From positions 32,001 through 96,000 of the forward strand of contig JBNRMN010000089.1 of NCBI GenBank assembly GCA_050309605.1: a stretch of DNA of 64,000 bases, written 5' to 3'. This document shows positions 9,676-19,585 of this stretch, one piece after another. Position 1 is the stretch's first letter; the number at the start of each line of letters is the position of its first letter. A program made the position numbers and the translations under genes. This DNA comes from Anaerohalosphaeraceae bacterium (GTDB taxonomy: Bacteria > Planctomycetota > Phycisphaerae > Sedimentisphaerales > Anaerohalosphaeraceae). The notes beneath the pieces were generated by a model that did no database searches, was not told where the DNA came from, and worked only from the letters and a program-made list of their open reading frames with translations.

Positions 9676-9800
9676 TGCCTTAAACGACAATCCTTTCGGG
9701 CCGTATCCGACCGTTTTTGCCTGACGCCCGACTTATCTCAATAACACATCGTGCAAACGCTGCCGACCCATCTTTCGATTTTGTGCTGGTCATATCTACT

Positions 9801-9829
9801 AATCTATTGCATTGTGAGGGTTTCGTCAA
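9801..9829 (-). promoter_or_regulatory. Sigma70-like promoter for the DUF502-hpf-PTS block
   Basis: TTGACG-17 bp-TAGATT on the minus strand. Confidence 0.5.
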
Positions 9830-10274
9830 TACAAAATATTCTCTGCGCTGCACCTTGGCGGTATCGACAAAGACAACCCGACACCGTGCGGGGCGTCAGT
9901 TGTCTTATGTATTTCGTTCCTGCGGCATTGCCAATTAAGATATGCGACACAGAAGAATGGCGATTTTATGTTATTTAATGAAGGATTTGTCTGCAATAAA
10001 ACAATAAAAATAAACACCAAAGTGTGTCTTGTTTGGAATTTCCGCTGCGTGCGTCTCTGCCGAAAAGGTCAGCACAATCTCCCCCTGCGAGAATGGACGG
10101 TTTCATCCTCCAGTACAAGGTATGCCGAGAATCCGCGTTAATGTCGCAAAATCAAAGATTAAAAATCAAAATGCAAAACTGCAAATCAACATTCAAAAAG
10201 AGCGATTTGCCGACGGCTAATCCACATCTGTACCGTAAACCGCCTTGAACTGCATCGCACGCCGCATCTGCGTA

Positions 10275-11105
10275 TCAGCCGCCCGGCACGTAGGAACGCT
10301 GCATAAATCGGATGTCGTCCCACGTTTCATTCGCCTTGGGAACCGTATTTCGAAGCGGATACAGCGACCCGTCGGGATTCCCTTCTGCATTTTCAATCGT
10401 CGATTGGTCTATCCAGTTATGCATTTCGGCATGGCCGTCGGCAAATCCGAGCGTGCCGCGATCCTTGTGCCAAATGGCGATGGGATCAAACCATTGAGGA
10501 GAACTGTAATCCATAATCCATGACCCAATCGCCCAGCCGCGACTGTCCATATTTTCCAAAAAGACAACCTTATTGCCCGCTGCCTTGATTTCACTCATCT
10601 TTTTAATCGGCTGCTGATTGCCTACGCGCTCACCGTTCATCAGGCCGGTAACCGAATAGCTGTTCAGCCAGGCGCCATTGGGGCTGATGTGTGAGAACCG
10701 TGTTGTACTCCTGTCCCCCGGACATTTATAGACATCCACCGCATTGACATAGGGAAACAGCGCCCCTCGCTCAATGCCAATCCGCTCATATTCAGCCGTA
10801 ACAACCGTCGCACCGCCGCGATAATCTCGGGCTTCATTCTGCGGCGGCTCTATCCAGTAATTAACACTCTTGTCCCAGCGATCAATAGTTGGTACATCAC
10901 CGCAAACAATTTCCTGGTCATTCTCCATCGCATACGTGTGCCACGCAATCGTAATCTGCCGGATATTAGACAGACATACCGCACCGGTGGCTTGTTGTTT
11001 GACCCGTTTGAGGGCGGGAACAATAATGGACAGCAACAGTGCGATAATTGCAACAACCACGAGCAATTCAATCAGTGTGAATGCGTTTTTTTGCCTGGTT
11101 TTCAT
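10275..11105 (-). CDS. Prepilin-type N-terminal cleavage/methylation protein with H-X9-DG motif (DUF1559-like)
   Basis: NAFTLIELLVVVAIIALLLSIIVPAL, CLSNIRQI, YKCPGD, WHKDRGTLGFADGH. Confidence 0.9.
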   Translation of the reverse strand: MKTRQKNAFTLIELLVVVAIIALLLSIIVPALKRVKQQATGAVCLSNIRQITIAWHTYAMENDQEIVCGDVPTIDRWDKSVNYWIEPPQNEARDYRGGATVVTAEYERIGIERGALFPYVNAVDVYKCPGDRSTTRFSHISPNGAWLNSYSVTGLMNGERVGNQQPIKKMSEIKAAGNKVVFLENMDSRGWAIGSWIMDYSSPQWFDPIAIWHKDRGTLGFADGHAEMHNWIDQSTIENAEGNPDGSLYPLRNTVPKANETWDDIRFMQRSYVPGG

Positions 11106-11318
11106 TTATGACTCCTCTTTTACCGGATTGCAACCAAAGGTTGGATTTTCTGAAATTTATTATATTGTCCCACACGACACCGCCTGTGTCCATAGGAAAG
11201 ACGTATCAATTATAGGACAATTGTAACTTTTTATCTATCATAATCGGGGGTTATCGTCAATTTTTTTGAAAAATAATTACAGTCATGCCCTGTTCATTTA
11301 TTACCAAATCAACACACG

Positions 11319-14300
11319 CTATCCGCCTTCCAAAATAAATCCTTCCAGAACAACATTATCAAAGCGATTATTTCCGGAGATTTCGGAGGCATTGGTGCCG
11401 GTAAAGACAGTGCGTATCTCAAAATCCGGATTATTGTTGACCCCCGACAAATCGGACAAATCAAAGGTGTAATGCTGATAGGTCTCGGTGATCGTCAATT
11501 CATCTCCAAGCGGCTGCCAACTATCCATCGGGCCGGTGCGGTATTCGACGCGCTGGTACTCAGCGCCGTTTGAAGTGCGTCTGGCCGCATAGCTGAACTG
11601 CACCCGTTCGTATCCCGTGGTCGGCACTGAAAATACAAGTTGTCGGGTATGCGAAGGATTCCGCACCCGCAGGCCGTTGCCCGCATCCAGCCCCATTTGC
11701 ACATTGATCGTCGAACCGTCGGTTGTATCCATATAGCCATCACCATAGCCGGGATATGTGATCAGCGCCCCGGCCGCAAGCGAATAATCCGCCGGGACGA
11801 ACGAGAGATGGCCGTCTGTGTCATTAAAATGCCAGTAGTGCACGATACGGGCAATCGATTCGTCAGGCGCCTGTCCGGGCGACGGCACGACGGCCTGCCA
11901 ATTGGCCGCATCGCTGCCGTAGCGTCTGTTATCGCACCGACCCAGTGCCATCCCCCCGCCGTTGGCCTGAAAAGGCCACGGATCCTGTCCGACGGGATTC
12001 AGGCCGTTGCTGTAAGCGACCCGGTCAATGAGCATATAACGGCGTTGCCCGTCGTCGTCCTGTCCGGGTCTGAGCAGGTCGATTGACTCGCCGGCATTGT
12101 TCAGCCGTCCGTCGTATGGCCCAAAGATCAGGTCCGTCGGCACGTCAGGGTAACGACTCTTAAAGGCGTCGATATTCCGCACCACCACAATCACCCCGCC
12201 GGGCGGGATAACGCTGCCGCTCGGAAATTCAAATTCCACCGCATCGCTTAATTTCCAACCGAAAGAAGCCTCCTGTTCGGCGTCGTATTCATCCAGTGCC
12301 ACCGGATAACCGGCGATATTGCACAGTTGGACGTATTCATACTCTTCTTTGTCGTATGCGCCGCCGGACGGCGGATGATACATCACTTCCCGAATCACGA
12401 CCGGCCCGACAGCCGGCTCAGCGTTCGGCCCGCCCGGCGTTGTCTCGCTTAACGTCGTAAAATCCCAATGGGGGATATTATGATTATATCTGCCAAACGA
12501 CCGCCCCGGCTGCGAAACGCCGAAGGACTGTTCAGTATAATAATGACCGGTGATTTGACCGTCCTGACCGGAAAACAGATACACCGTTTCGCCGAATCGG
12601 CTCAGTCCGAATGCCTTAAGCGTTCCTTCCGCCTCCGGATTTCCGAACGTACTGTCTTCCTCAAAGACCAGATACCCGCCGGCCGGCAGTACCACCGTTG
12701 GCGGAATCTGATAGTAACGCCGCCGGTCATCGTCCGTATTGCGGTCGCTCAGGAACCAGCCGCCCAGCGGAATCGGTTCACTGGTGGTATTGAATAATTC
12801 GACCCAATCAGACCGTCCGGGATCGTAAGCCAGAATCTCGTTGATGAGGATGCTGCCCGGCGCAATGCCCCACCCCGGATCGTCCAGCCCCGGCGAACCT
12901 TCGCGGGAGGAACTTGCGCGCCAGCCCAGTTTGTCGTTCCAGCATGTTAGCGGCGAGCCGGGCGGGTCGTGCTTGGTCAGCGAAAACCCCTGGCCGTCAG
13001 TCAGCGGATACCAATCGTCATCGTATTCAAACCGGTGAATCACATTGCCCTCGGCATCCCAAAGAATCAGCTCTTCGCCGCTGTTGGACAATTGCCCGTC
13101 GTAGCCGCCGAGCACCGCGACACCCTGCGGAACCGTAAAGCGAGATGCGAACGCCTGCGGGGCTTTGGCCAATATCATATATTCGCCCGGCGACAGCGAT
13201 ACGCCGTCCGGGAACGTATAGTAAATTCCCTCGGCAAACACAACCCCTCCCAGCGGCAGCGGCTCATCGCCTGTGTTGAGCAATTCCACGTACTCATAAT
13301 CCTGTGTCTCAAAGTCCGTCGCTTCGACCGGCGACGGATTATACATCAGCTCCGTAATCCGCAGATAGCGCTGGGCGTTGCTCGGATTGCCGTCAAACGC
13401 CTTGACAGCGACCGCCCGATGCTGCGCATCATACAGCGTCAGCGTACCGCCCCACCGCGACAATCGCCCCGCATAATTGCCCTGCACAAACCGATATTCA
13501 CCGCCGCGCGGCGATTGGGCGCGATGGCGAAACGCAATGGCATGGGGTGTCAGATACAGCGCATCGCCCGCCGGGATCACCGTCCCGCCGGCGAACGTAT
13601 GTTCAATACCCCCGCCGTTCAACATCCAGCCGCTGATGTCGGCGGCAAAGGCATTGGGATTGACAATCTCAATATAATCTTCATCCCGATTGCCGCCGCC
13701 TAAGTTTGTTTCGACAGCTCCGATTTCTATGGTCAACTGTTCCGGCTGGGCGTCGGGAATGCCCGCCGGATCGTCCGGCCACGACGACCCTTCGGCATGA
13801 TTAACGTATAAATGTGTTCGTCGTATCGGCAAATACTGCGTTTTGATCGCCTCAACCGCCTGCCAATACGCCGGCGTGTCAAGCGCCTCGGCGACCCATT
13901 CGGCCAGCTCATCAATGCGGCGTTCGTAACGCAATTGCGCTGACGGCGTATCCGGCGGCTGAAGGCGCGTGTCCATCAAGGTACGCAGACGCCGCAGATA
14001 CATCTGCCGCGCCTTCGGGTCGGCGAACACCGCATCAAACAGACGATTCCATTGATAATCAATCTTTTGATGAGACTGACTGCCGTAAAACGGATGGCTG
14101 GGCGAACGTAACGGGTCATCCGGCCAGTCCTGATCGGCGATCACGCCGTCAATCCCGTGATTGAGGCCGAACGTCAGATCCTTATCCCACGGAATAAACA
14201 TCCATTCGCCGGTGCGGTTGGTATCGCGATAAAAATAGTAGTTTTTGTGGGTGTGGTCGTTTTCGTGGATGAGCACCGAAGCGGCTAAATAACTGATGAC

Positions 14301-17300
14301 CGCCGGCAGATTGACGTGATCAAACAGAAAAACGCCGCGGTCGGGATGATCCGGTGCAATACCGGCTGCAAAAGCTTTCAAATCACTGTTATCTTCATCC
14401 AGACGTGTGAGCTTCCGTTCAATCTGTTCACCGGCAAGGCTGGGGTTTAAGTCCGTGTACATCTTGTAATACGCCCCGTTATCGTCCAGACCCGCCCGCC
14501 GCAGAAAATGCCGATCAGGCTGTTCGACCAACAGCCGCACCATCGGCTCGCTGTTATTGCGAATCACACGCAGCGGGAAGGCAATGCTGCTCGGCACGCC
14601 CGCTTCGGCATACGTCTCAAACGACAGCGGCGGACGAATAAACGTCATATCCGCCCCTTGGCCGTTCAGGTTGATTTCATCGACGCGGTCAAACCGCGGA
14701 TGAAATCGGAATTTTTCACCGTCGTTAAAATCGATCTTTCGGCTGCCGGTGCTTGCGGCATAATAACCGCCGCGCAAACGGATGAACACATTATCATAAA
14801 ACTCATCCATAAAAAAGACCGAACAGCGGGTCCCGTTTTCGGTGGCTTCGGCGGCGGTATCCTGTACAAAATAATACAGCGTCTGCAAAGGCGACTGTAC
14901 AGACGGATCACGAACGATCGTCCCGAAATAGCGAGGCGAATTGTCGGCAAGCATAAAAGCCGGCTTTCGCGTCTCGATCCCCTGTGTATCCCGGGCGCGC
15001 ACAAACCAGCGTACCATCTGGCCGGTCTGGTAAGCCGAGGCGGGAATCACCGCGGTGTATAGTCCGTCATCGGAAACCACATCGGCCCCTTGTCCGTCAT
15101 CGCTCATCGGCACGGTAATCTCCTGACCGAATCCGATGCGATAGGTCATCTCAACCCGGTCAATCGGCCGGCCGGCAGATTCAACAGCAGCGGTAATGAC
15201 CAAATCTTCGCTCTCCGACGGCGGCGCGGGATTGCGTGTGACATCACGAACCAGCGGCCCCAGGGTCATTTGTCCGCTCGAATTTCGTGTACCGGGAGTC
15301 GGGTCATGAAAATAGGCCTCCATCGAAGAGGCGACCGCAGCCGCTTGTGCGCGCCGGGCTGTCAACCGCGGCAGGATCAGCAAATCCGAGCTGTACGCCC
15401 CGCGATTCAGGCCGTGTATCGACAAGACATTAGACCCGTTTCGCAATGACTCGACCGCCTCCGGCGATACCGCAAAAGATTCGTACCGGTCGGCGTCCTG
15501 CGAGCGCATCGCCTGGCTGTTCCACGTTACCACCGGCGGCGCATTGGCAGAAGCCGCAAACACGCCGTTCAGATAGGCGACGAATCCGTCATCGTACATC
15601 ATCCACAGCGCCACTTCTTCAAGATCGCTCGGATCATCCACCTCAAACGGCACGCGAATATAGACCGAGGTGTTCACGCCGTACATAGCGCCGACATCCA
15701 GCCCGATCCAGGGTTCGTATCCGGTTTGCCGTTCATACCCCACGCCCGTCGTGCCCGTCAGCCAGCCGACCGGCTCAAAATCAACCGCCGTCCAGGTCAG
15801 CCCCAGACTGTCATCCGCGGGGATTTTGGCATACGCCGCGGCCTGCGCCGAAAGCAGGTCCACTGTGAGCGCAGCACGTCCTTCCGGAGCGGCCAGACCA
15901 TACGACACCGCTCCGTATTGCGTCGGATACGCATACTTATGAACAATGGTTTGACCGTCCGGCGCAACCAGCGCCAGGTAATCCGGATCGCTGGTGAGGC
16001 TGAAGTTGGTATGATACGGCTCGCCGGGCGTTCGGCGATTCTTGCCGGAGGCGAATAGGACCGCAAAGCCCTGCGGCTCCAGCACCAGCGGCGGTATCCG
16101 CCAGCGCGTCGGATTGTCCGGCTTGTCGGTTAAATACCATCCGTCCAGATCGACCGCCTGGCCGGTCGGGTTGCATAATTCAATCCAGTCCGATGAATCG
16201 CCGTCTTCGTCCACGATCTCGTTATCGGCAAGCGGAGGCTTGGCCCGATTGACCGCCAGAAATTCACTGATGACCGCCGACGGCCCGGCACGGCGCCAGT
16301 GTTCCGCCAGCAGTGCAAAATCCGTCAGATTAACGCCGTCTTGCCGCCCGCCGGCATTTGGCAAATCACCCGACGGCCAATCCACCTGAAGCCAGTACTC
16401 AGCCAGCAGCGCCAAATCTTCACTATCGACACGGCAATCCTGATTCAGATCCCCCGTCGGGCACAGCGATTCGGATACAGAGACCCGCAGGGTATCGCTG
16501 ACCGAATGATGCGTCGTCGAAGCGGTCAGCGACAGCACATAAACACCGGTCGTCGCAGGAAAAACTACGCGGGGATCAGCCACAAAACGACTCGGCGAAA
16601 AGATCACGTCCTCCTCGGATACTCCCTCAGGAGCCGACTGAAGCGCCCACTGAAGCGCTAAAGTTTCCTCTTGCCCGAAAACCGTCGCCCGACCGGCCAA
16701 CTGCACCTGATTAAAAGGCAGCACGATCACCTGATCCGCACCGGCACTGACCTCCGGCGGCCATCCCCCTTCGGGCACTCCGAGCAATTCCACCTCGGCA
16801 ATTTGCATACTGTTGGCCGCGGCGGGATTTCTAACCGCTGTAAACAGTAATTGATAATGCGAATATGGCGTTGTATTCGAGAAGAAAATGGGCGTCGCAT
16901 TGGGCGTATAACGCGGCCAGGGCGTCGTTTGATTGAAATCGGCAATCTGGCCGGAGACGATCAGCACGTAAGGCCCGTTGATGCCGTCGTTGGAACCGTA
17001 CAATTCAAACGCGACCGGATCGCGGTCCGGGTGGTCATTGGCCGTCGTGAAGCTCAGTCCGACCACCGGCGTTAGCGAAACACTCGGCGCGACGCGAAAG
17101 CCGGACGACTGCCCGCCTCCGTCAAAGTGCAGGTATTTGGTGTTGACGTCGTCATCGATGGCATTGGGCGGGCTTTCCTTTGACGGCCAGTTTCCGTTGT
17201 TCGGAACGCCGACAACCGGATCACCCGGCCGGGTTATATCCGCCGATGACGCTGTTGCAAAACCCGTCAGCAAAAGAACACAAACACATCCTATCGACAC

Positions 17301-17345
17301 CACCGCACCTCGGCTGAAACTCGAATGTCCGCTGTCTTGCAGCAT
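11319..17345 (-). CDS. Secreted 2008-aa multidomain protein: N-terminal beta-sandwich, PKD-like, dockerin-like pair, several lamin-tail domains, CotH kinase domain
   Basis: Signal peptide; LTD starts VISEFLA/ITELMYNP/INEILA/IREVMYHP with DWIEL/EYVEL; CotH motifs HKNYYFY and PWDKDLTFG; GDLNQDCRVD. Confidence 0.85.
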   Translation of the reverse strand: MLQDSGHSSFSRGAVVSIGCVCVLLLTGFATASSADITRPGDPVVGVPNNGNWPSKESPPNAIDDDVNTKYLHFDGGGQSSGFRVAPSVSLTPVVGLSFTTANDHPDRDPVAFELYGSNDGINGPYVLIVSGQIADFNQTTPWPRYTPNATPIFFSNTTPYSHYQLLFTAVRNPAAANSMQIAEVELLGVPEGGWPPEVSAGADQVIVLPFNQVQLAGRATVFGQEETLALQWALQSAPEGVSEEDVIFSPSRFVADPRVVFPATTGVYVLSLTASTTHHSVSDTLRVSVSESLCPTGDLNQDCRVDSEDLALLAEYWLQVDWPSGDLPNAGGRQDGVNLTDFALLAEHWRRAGPSAVISEFLAVNRAKPPLADNEIVDEDGDSSDWIELCNPTGQAVDLDGWYLTDKPDNPTRWRIPPLVLEPQGFAVLFASGKNRRTPGEPYHTNFSLTSDPDYLALVAPDGQTIVHKYAYPTQYGAVSYGLAAPEGRAALTVDLLSAQAAAYAKIPADDSLGLTWTAVDFEPVGWLTGTTGVGYERQTGYEPWIGLDVGAMYGVNTSVYIRVPFEVDDPSDLEEVALWMMYDDGFVAYLNGVFAASANAPPVVTWNSQAMRSQDADRYESFAVSPEAVESLRNGSNVLSIHGLNRGAYSSDLLILPRLTARRAQAAAVASSMEAYFHDPTPGTRNSSGQMTLGPLVRDVTRNPAPPSESEDLVITAAVESAGRPIDRVEMTYRIGFGQEITVPMSDDGQGADVVSDDGLYTAVIPASAYQTGQMVRWFVRARDTQGIETRKPAFMLADNSPRYFGTIVRDPSVQSPLQTLYYFVQDTAAEATENGTRCSVFFMDEFYDNVFIRLRGGYYAASTGSRKIDFNDGEKFRFHPRFDRVDEINLNGQGADMTFIRPPLSFETYAEAGVPSSIAFPLRVIRNNSEPMVRLLVEQPDRHFLRRAGLDDNGAYYKMYTDLNPSLAGEQIERKLTRLDEDNSDLKAFAAGIAPDHPDRGVFLFDHVNLPAVISYLAASVLIHENDHTHKNYYFYRDTNRTGEWMFIPWDKDLTFGLNHGIDGVIADQDWPDDPLRSPSHPFYGSQSHQKIDYQWNRLFDAVFADPKARQMYLRRLRTLMDTRLQPPDTPSAQLRYERRIDELAEWVAEALDTPAYWQAVEAIKTQYLPIRRTHLYVNHAEGSSWPDDPAGIPDAQPEQLTIEIGAVETNLGGGNRDEDYIEIVNPNAFAADISGWMLNGGGIEHTFAGGTVIPAGDALYLTPHAIAFRHRAQSPRGGEYRFVQGNYAGRLSRWGGTLTLYDAQHRAVAVKAFDGNPSNAQRYLRITELMYNPSPVEATDFETQDYEYVELLNTGDEPLPLGGVVFAEGIYYTFPDGVSLSPGEYMILAKAPQAFASRFTVPQGVAVLGGYDGQLSNSGEELILWDAEGNVIHRFEYDDDWYPLTDGQGFSLTKHDPPGSPLTCWNDKLGWRASSSREGSPGLDDPGWGIAPGSILINEILAYDPGRSDWVELFNTTSEPIPLGGWFLSDRNTDDDRRRYYQIPPTVVLPAGGYLVFEEDSTFGNPEAEGTLKAFGLSRFGETVYLFSGQDGQITGHYYTEQSFGVSQPGRSFGRYNHNIPHWDFTTLSETTPGGPNAEPAVGPVVIREVMYHPPSGGAYDKEEYEYVQLCNIAGYPVALDEYDAEQEASFGWKLSDAVEFEFPSGSVIPPGGVIVVVRNIDAFKSRYPDVPTDLIFGPYDGRLNNAGESIDLLRPGQDDDGQRRYMLIDRVAYSNGLNPVGQDPWPFQANGGGMALGRCDNRRYGSDAANWQAVVPSPGQAPDESIARIVHYWHFNDTDGHLSFVPADYSLAAGALITYPGYGDGYMDTTDGSTINVQMGLDAGNGLRVRNPSHTRQLVFSVPTTGYERVQFSYAARRTSNGAEYQRVEYRTGPMDSWQPLGDELTITETYQHYTFDLSDLSGVNNNPDFEIRTVFTGTNASEISGNNRFDNVVLEGFILEGG

Positions 17346-17387
17346 CCCCCATTGCCTTTCTCAATCGCATTGCCAATCGCCGTACAG

Positions 17388-17430
17388 AAAAAACGGACTG
17401 CGCCGCGGTTCCGACACAGTCCGTTTCTTT
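17388..17430 (-). terminator. Intrinsic terminator or attenuator between the LamG gene and the CotH gene
   Basis: AAACGGACTG...CAGTCCGTTT stem followed by a T run on the minus strand. Confidence 0.7.
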
Positions 17431-17469
17431 CTCACATAATCACCTACATCATTTTACATCTTCAGATCG

Positions 17470-19494
17470 TTACCACTGAGCATACGGATCTTCGCATGTC
17501 GGATCAGCCGGATCGTTGCACCGGAGCCAGTCTTGAGCCAGAATCACCAGATCGAGGATGTCCACGCGGCAGTCCTCGTTCAAGTCGCCGGCCAGAAGCA
17601 GTCCGTCGGCTTTAACCAGGTCGCAACTGGCCTCGATGACCTCAATGGTCACATCATAATAGATGTCTTCCTCAATGCCGTACATCCCATCGCTAACCAG
17701 CAGACGGAACGTATAGTCACCCGGCTGGGTAAACGTCACTTCCGGTGCGGCCACATCGGTTGCAGAGAATGCCGCCGCCGGCCCCTCTTCGGGATCCGGA
17801 TACGTCTGCAGCCATTGATACAGGATTTCGTCATCATGGGCGTCAAACACATCCGCACTGAAAACAACGGTTGTTTCGCCCTTCAAAATGATCGATTCCG
17901 GCGCATCGACACCCACGACCACCGGCGCCGAATTCAGACCCATCTGCACCAGCGAACGAACGGTTGCTTCATCAATCGCGTAGCTGTACACCCGTAAATC
18001 ATCCAGCGAACCGAACATATAGTCGCCGGGGTAGCTGTCGGGGTTGACGTTCTTGTTCTTGGCGCCGATATAAAGTGTCTGCCCCTCATAAGGATGCAAC
18101 GCACGATACGTATCAAACTCCTGAACACCGGCCAGAACGCCATCCACATACATCTTAATCGTCTTGCCGTCGTAGGTTGCCACGACGTGATGCCACTGCT
18201 CGGCGGGGAACAGCGGCACATCCAGCATCCGATCCCTGAACGGCGATGCAATAAAGCGAAGCGAACTGTTTTCGCGCAGCAGACGGAAGATATTCACATC
18301 ATCGTTGCTGTCATTGCCGAACTGGGCGATACGCCGGTTGCCGTCCCAATCGTACGCATTGACCCATGCGGCCACCGAAATGCCGTAATCGAGATTCTGC
18401 AAGTTGGGATCCGACACGCTGTTGGCATCGGGAATCACCTGCACATAACCGAAATCCTGGAAATGCAGGGCATAGTTGTTCTGTCCGTCAGCAGGAATCC
18501 AGCCCTCAACAAAGTTCGGATCCAGATCGGGATCGTTGTGATAATTGCCCATAAAGCCGCGATTGACATCATCGGACGAATCATCAATAAACGTCCCCTC
18601 GCCCTCATTAAACGTCCAGTAACCCACCAGCTTGTTATCCAGTTCCGCATCCCACACGCGCACGGTTGTTTCCACCGGATTGGATTCATTGCCTTCGCTG
18701 TCGGTTACCAGCGCCCGCAAGACGTAGGTTCCGCGTACGGCCGGTAATGTCAGCTCAACCGCTGTCTGATCCTGAACGTTATCCAGATCGACCGCCGTCG
18801 GCCCGGATACCTGCGTCCAGAGCACATCCCAGCTTGTCGAATCAAAGTCATCAATCTCAACGCTGATCTCAACCGTTGGATCGGCGGCATCAACGACCAC
18901 CGCAGCAGGGCTGATCATCACGGCCGCGGGCCAGCCGTTTTCCGGCGGCGCCACCAGTTCGATCTCGGCAATCTGAAACATTGAACTGCCGCCTAATGTC
19001 GGGAACATCAATCGATAATGCAGATACTCGGTCTGATTGTCAAAGATGATCGGCGTCTCAATTTTTGTTAACCGGGGCCAGCCGCCAATAAAGTCCAGAA
19101 CCGGTCCCTCGGAAATCAGTGTCCAGGGACCATTCACACCGGCATTGGAACCATACAACTCGTAACTGTGGGGATCACGGTCCGACGCGTCATTGGCAGA
19201 GGTCAGTGTGATGCCCTGTACCAGCGTCGGCTGCGACTGTCCCGTTCCCAATTGCGGCGAAATGATGATACCTGCCACTTGGCCGTCCCTGAAATGGAGA
19301 TACTTGGTGCTAACGTTATCATCAATCGCATGTTGAGGCGCTTCGCCGCTCGGCCAGCGGTTGTTATCCGGCTGCCCGATGACCGGATCGCCGGGCGTGG
19401 TCACATCCTGTCCCGGACGAGGCCATGGGACGTCCCCAAAACCAGTCGCCACGATGCACAGCATCAGGATTGCTAAAAGCCATAACGTTCTCAT
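17470..19494 (-). CDS. Secreted LamG-like jellyroll/PKD protein with C-terminal dockerin-like motif
   Basis: Start trimmed to MRTLWLLAIL (GGAGG upstream); LVGYWTFNEG, WHHVVATYDG, GSLDDLRVY; GDLNEDCRVDILDLVILAQDWLRC. Confidence 0.85.
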   Translation of the reverse strand: MRTLWLLAILMLCIVATGFGDVPWPRPGQDVTTPGDPVIGQPDNNRWPSGEAPQHAIDDNVSTKYLHFRDGQVAGIIISPQLGTGQSQPTLVQGITLTSANDASDRDPHSYELYGSNAGVNGPWTLISEGPVLDFIGGWPRLTKIETPIIFDNQTEYLHYRLMFPTLGGSSMFQIAEIELVAPPENGWPAAVMISPAAVVVDAADPTVEISVEIDDFDSTSWDVLWTQVSGPTAVDLDNVQDQTAVELTLPAVRGTYVLRALVTDSEGNESNPVETTVRVWDAELDNKLVGYWTFNEGEGTFIDDSSDDVNRGFMGNYHNDPDLDPNFVEGWIPADGQNNYALHFQDFGYVQVIPDANSVSDPNLQNLDYGISVAAWVNAYDWDGNRRIAQFGNDSNDDVNIFRLLRENSSLRFIASPFRDRMLDVPLFPAEQWHHVVATYDGKTIKMYVDGVLAGVQEFDTYRALHPYEGQTLYIGAKNKNVNPDSYPGDYMFGSLDDLRVYSYAIDEATVRSLVQMGLNSAPVVVGVDAPESIILKGETTVVFSADVFDAHDDEILYQWLQTYPDPEEGPAAAFSATDVAAPEVTFTQPGDYTFRLLVSDGMYGIEEDIYYDVTIEVIEASCDLVKADGLLLAGDLNEDCRVDILDLVILAQDWLRCNDPADPTCEDPYAQW

Positions 19495-19585
19495 ACTCAA
19501 ATCCTCCGAAAAAAATAATACTATAATCCCCGGTTCACGACGCTGTAAGCCGGTGGATAACGCTTTCAATTCGTCAAAACCGTCA

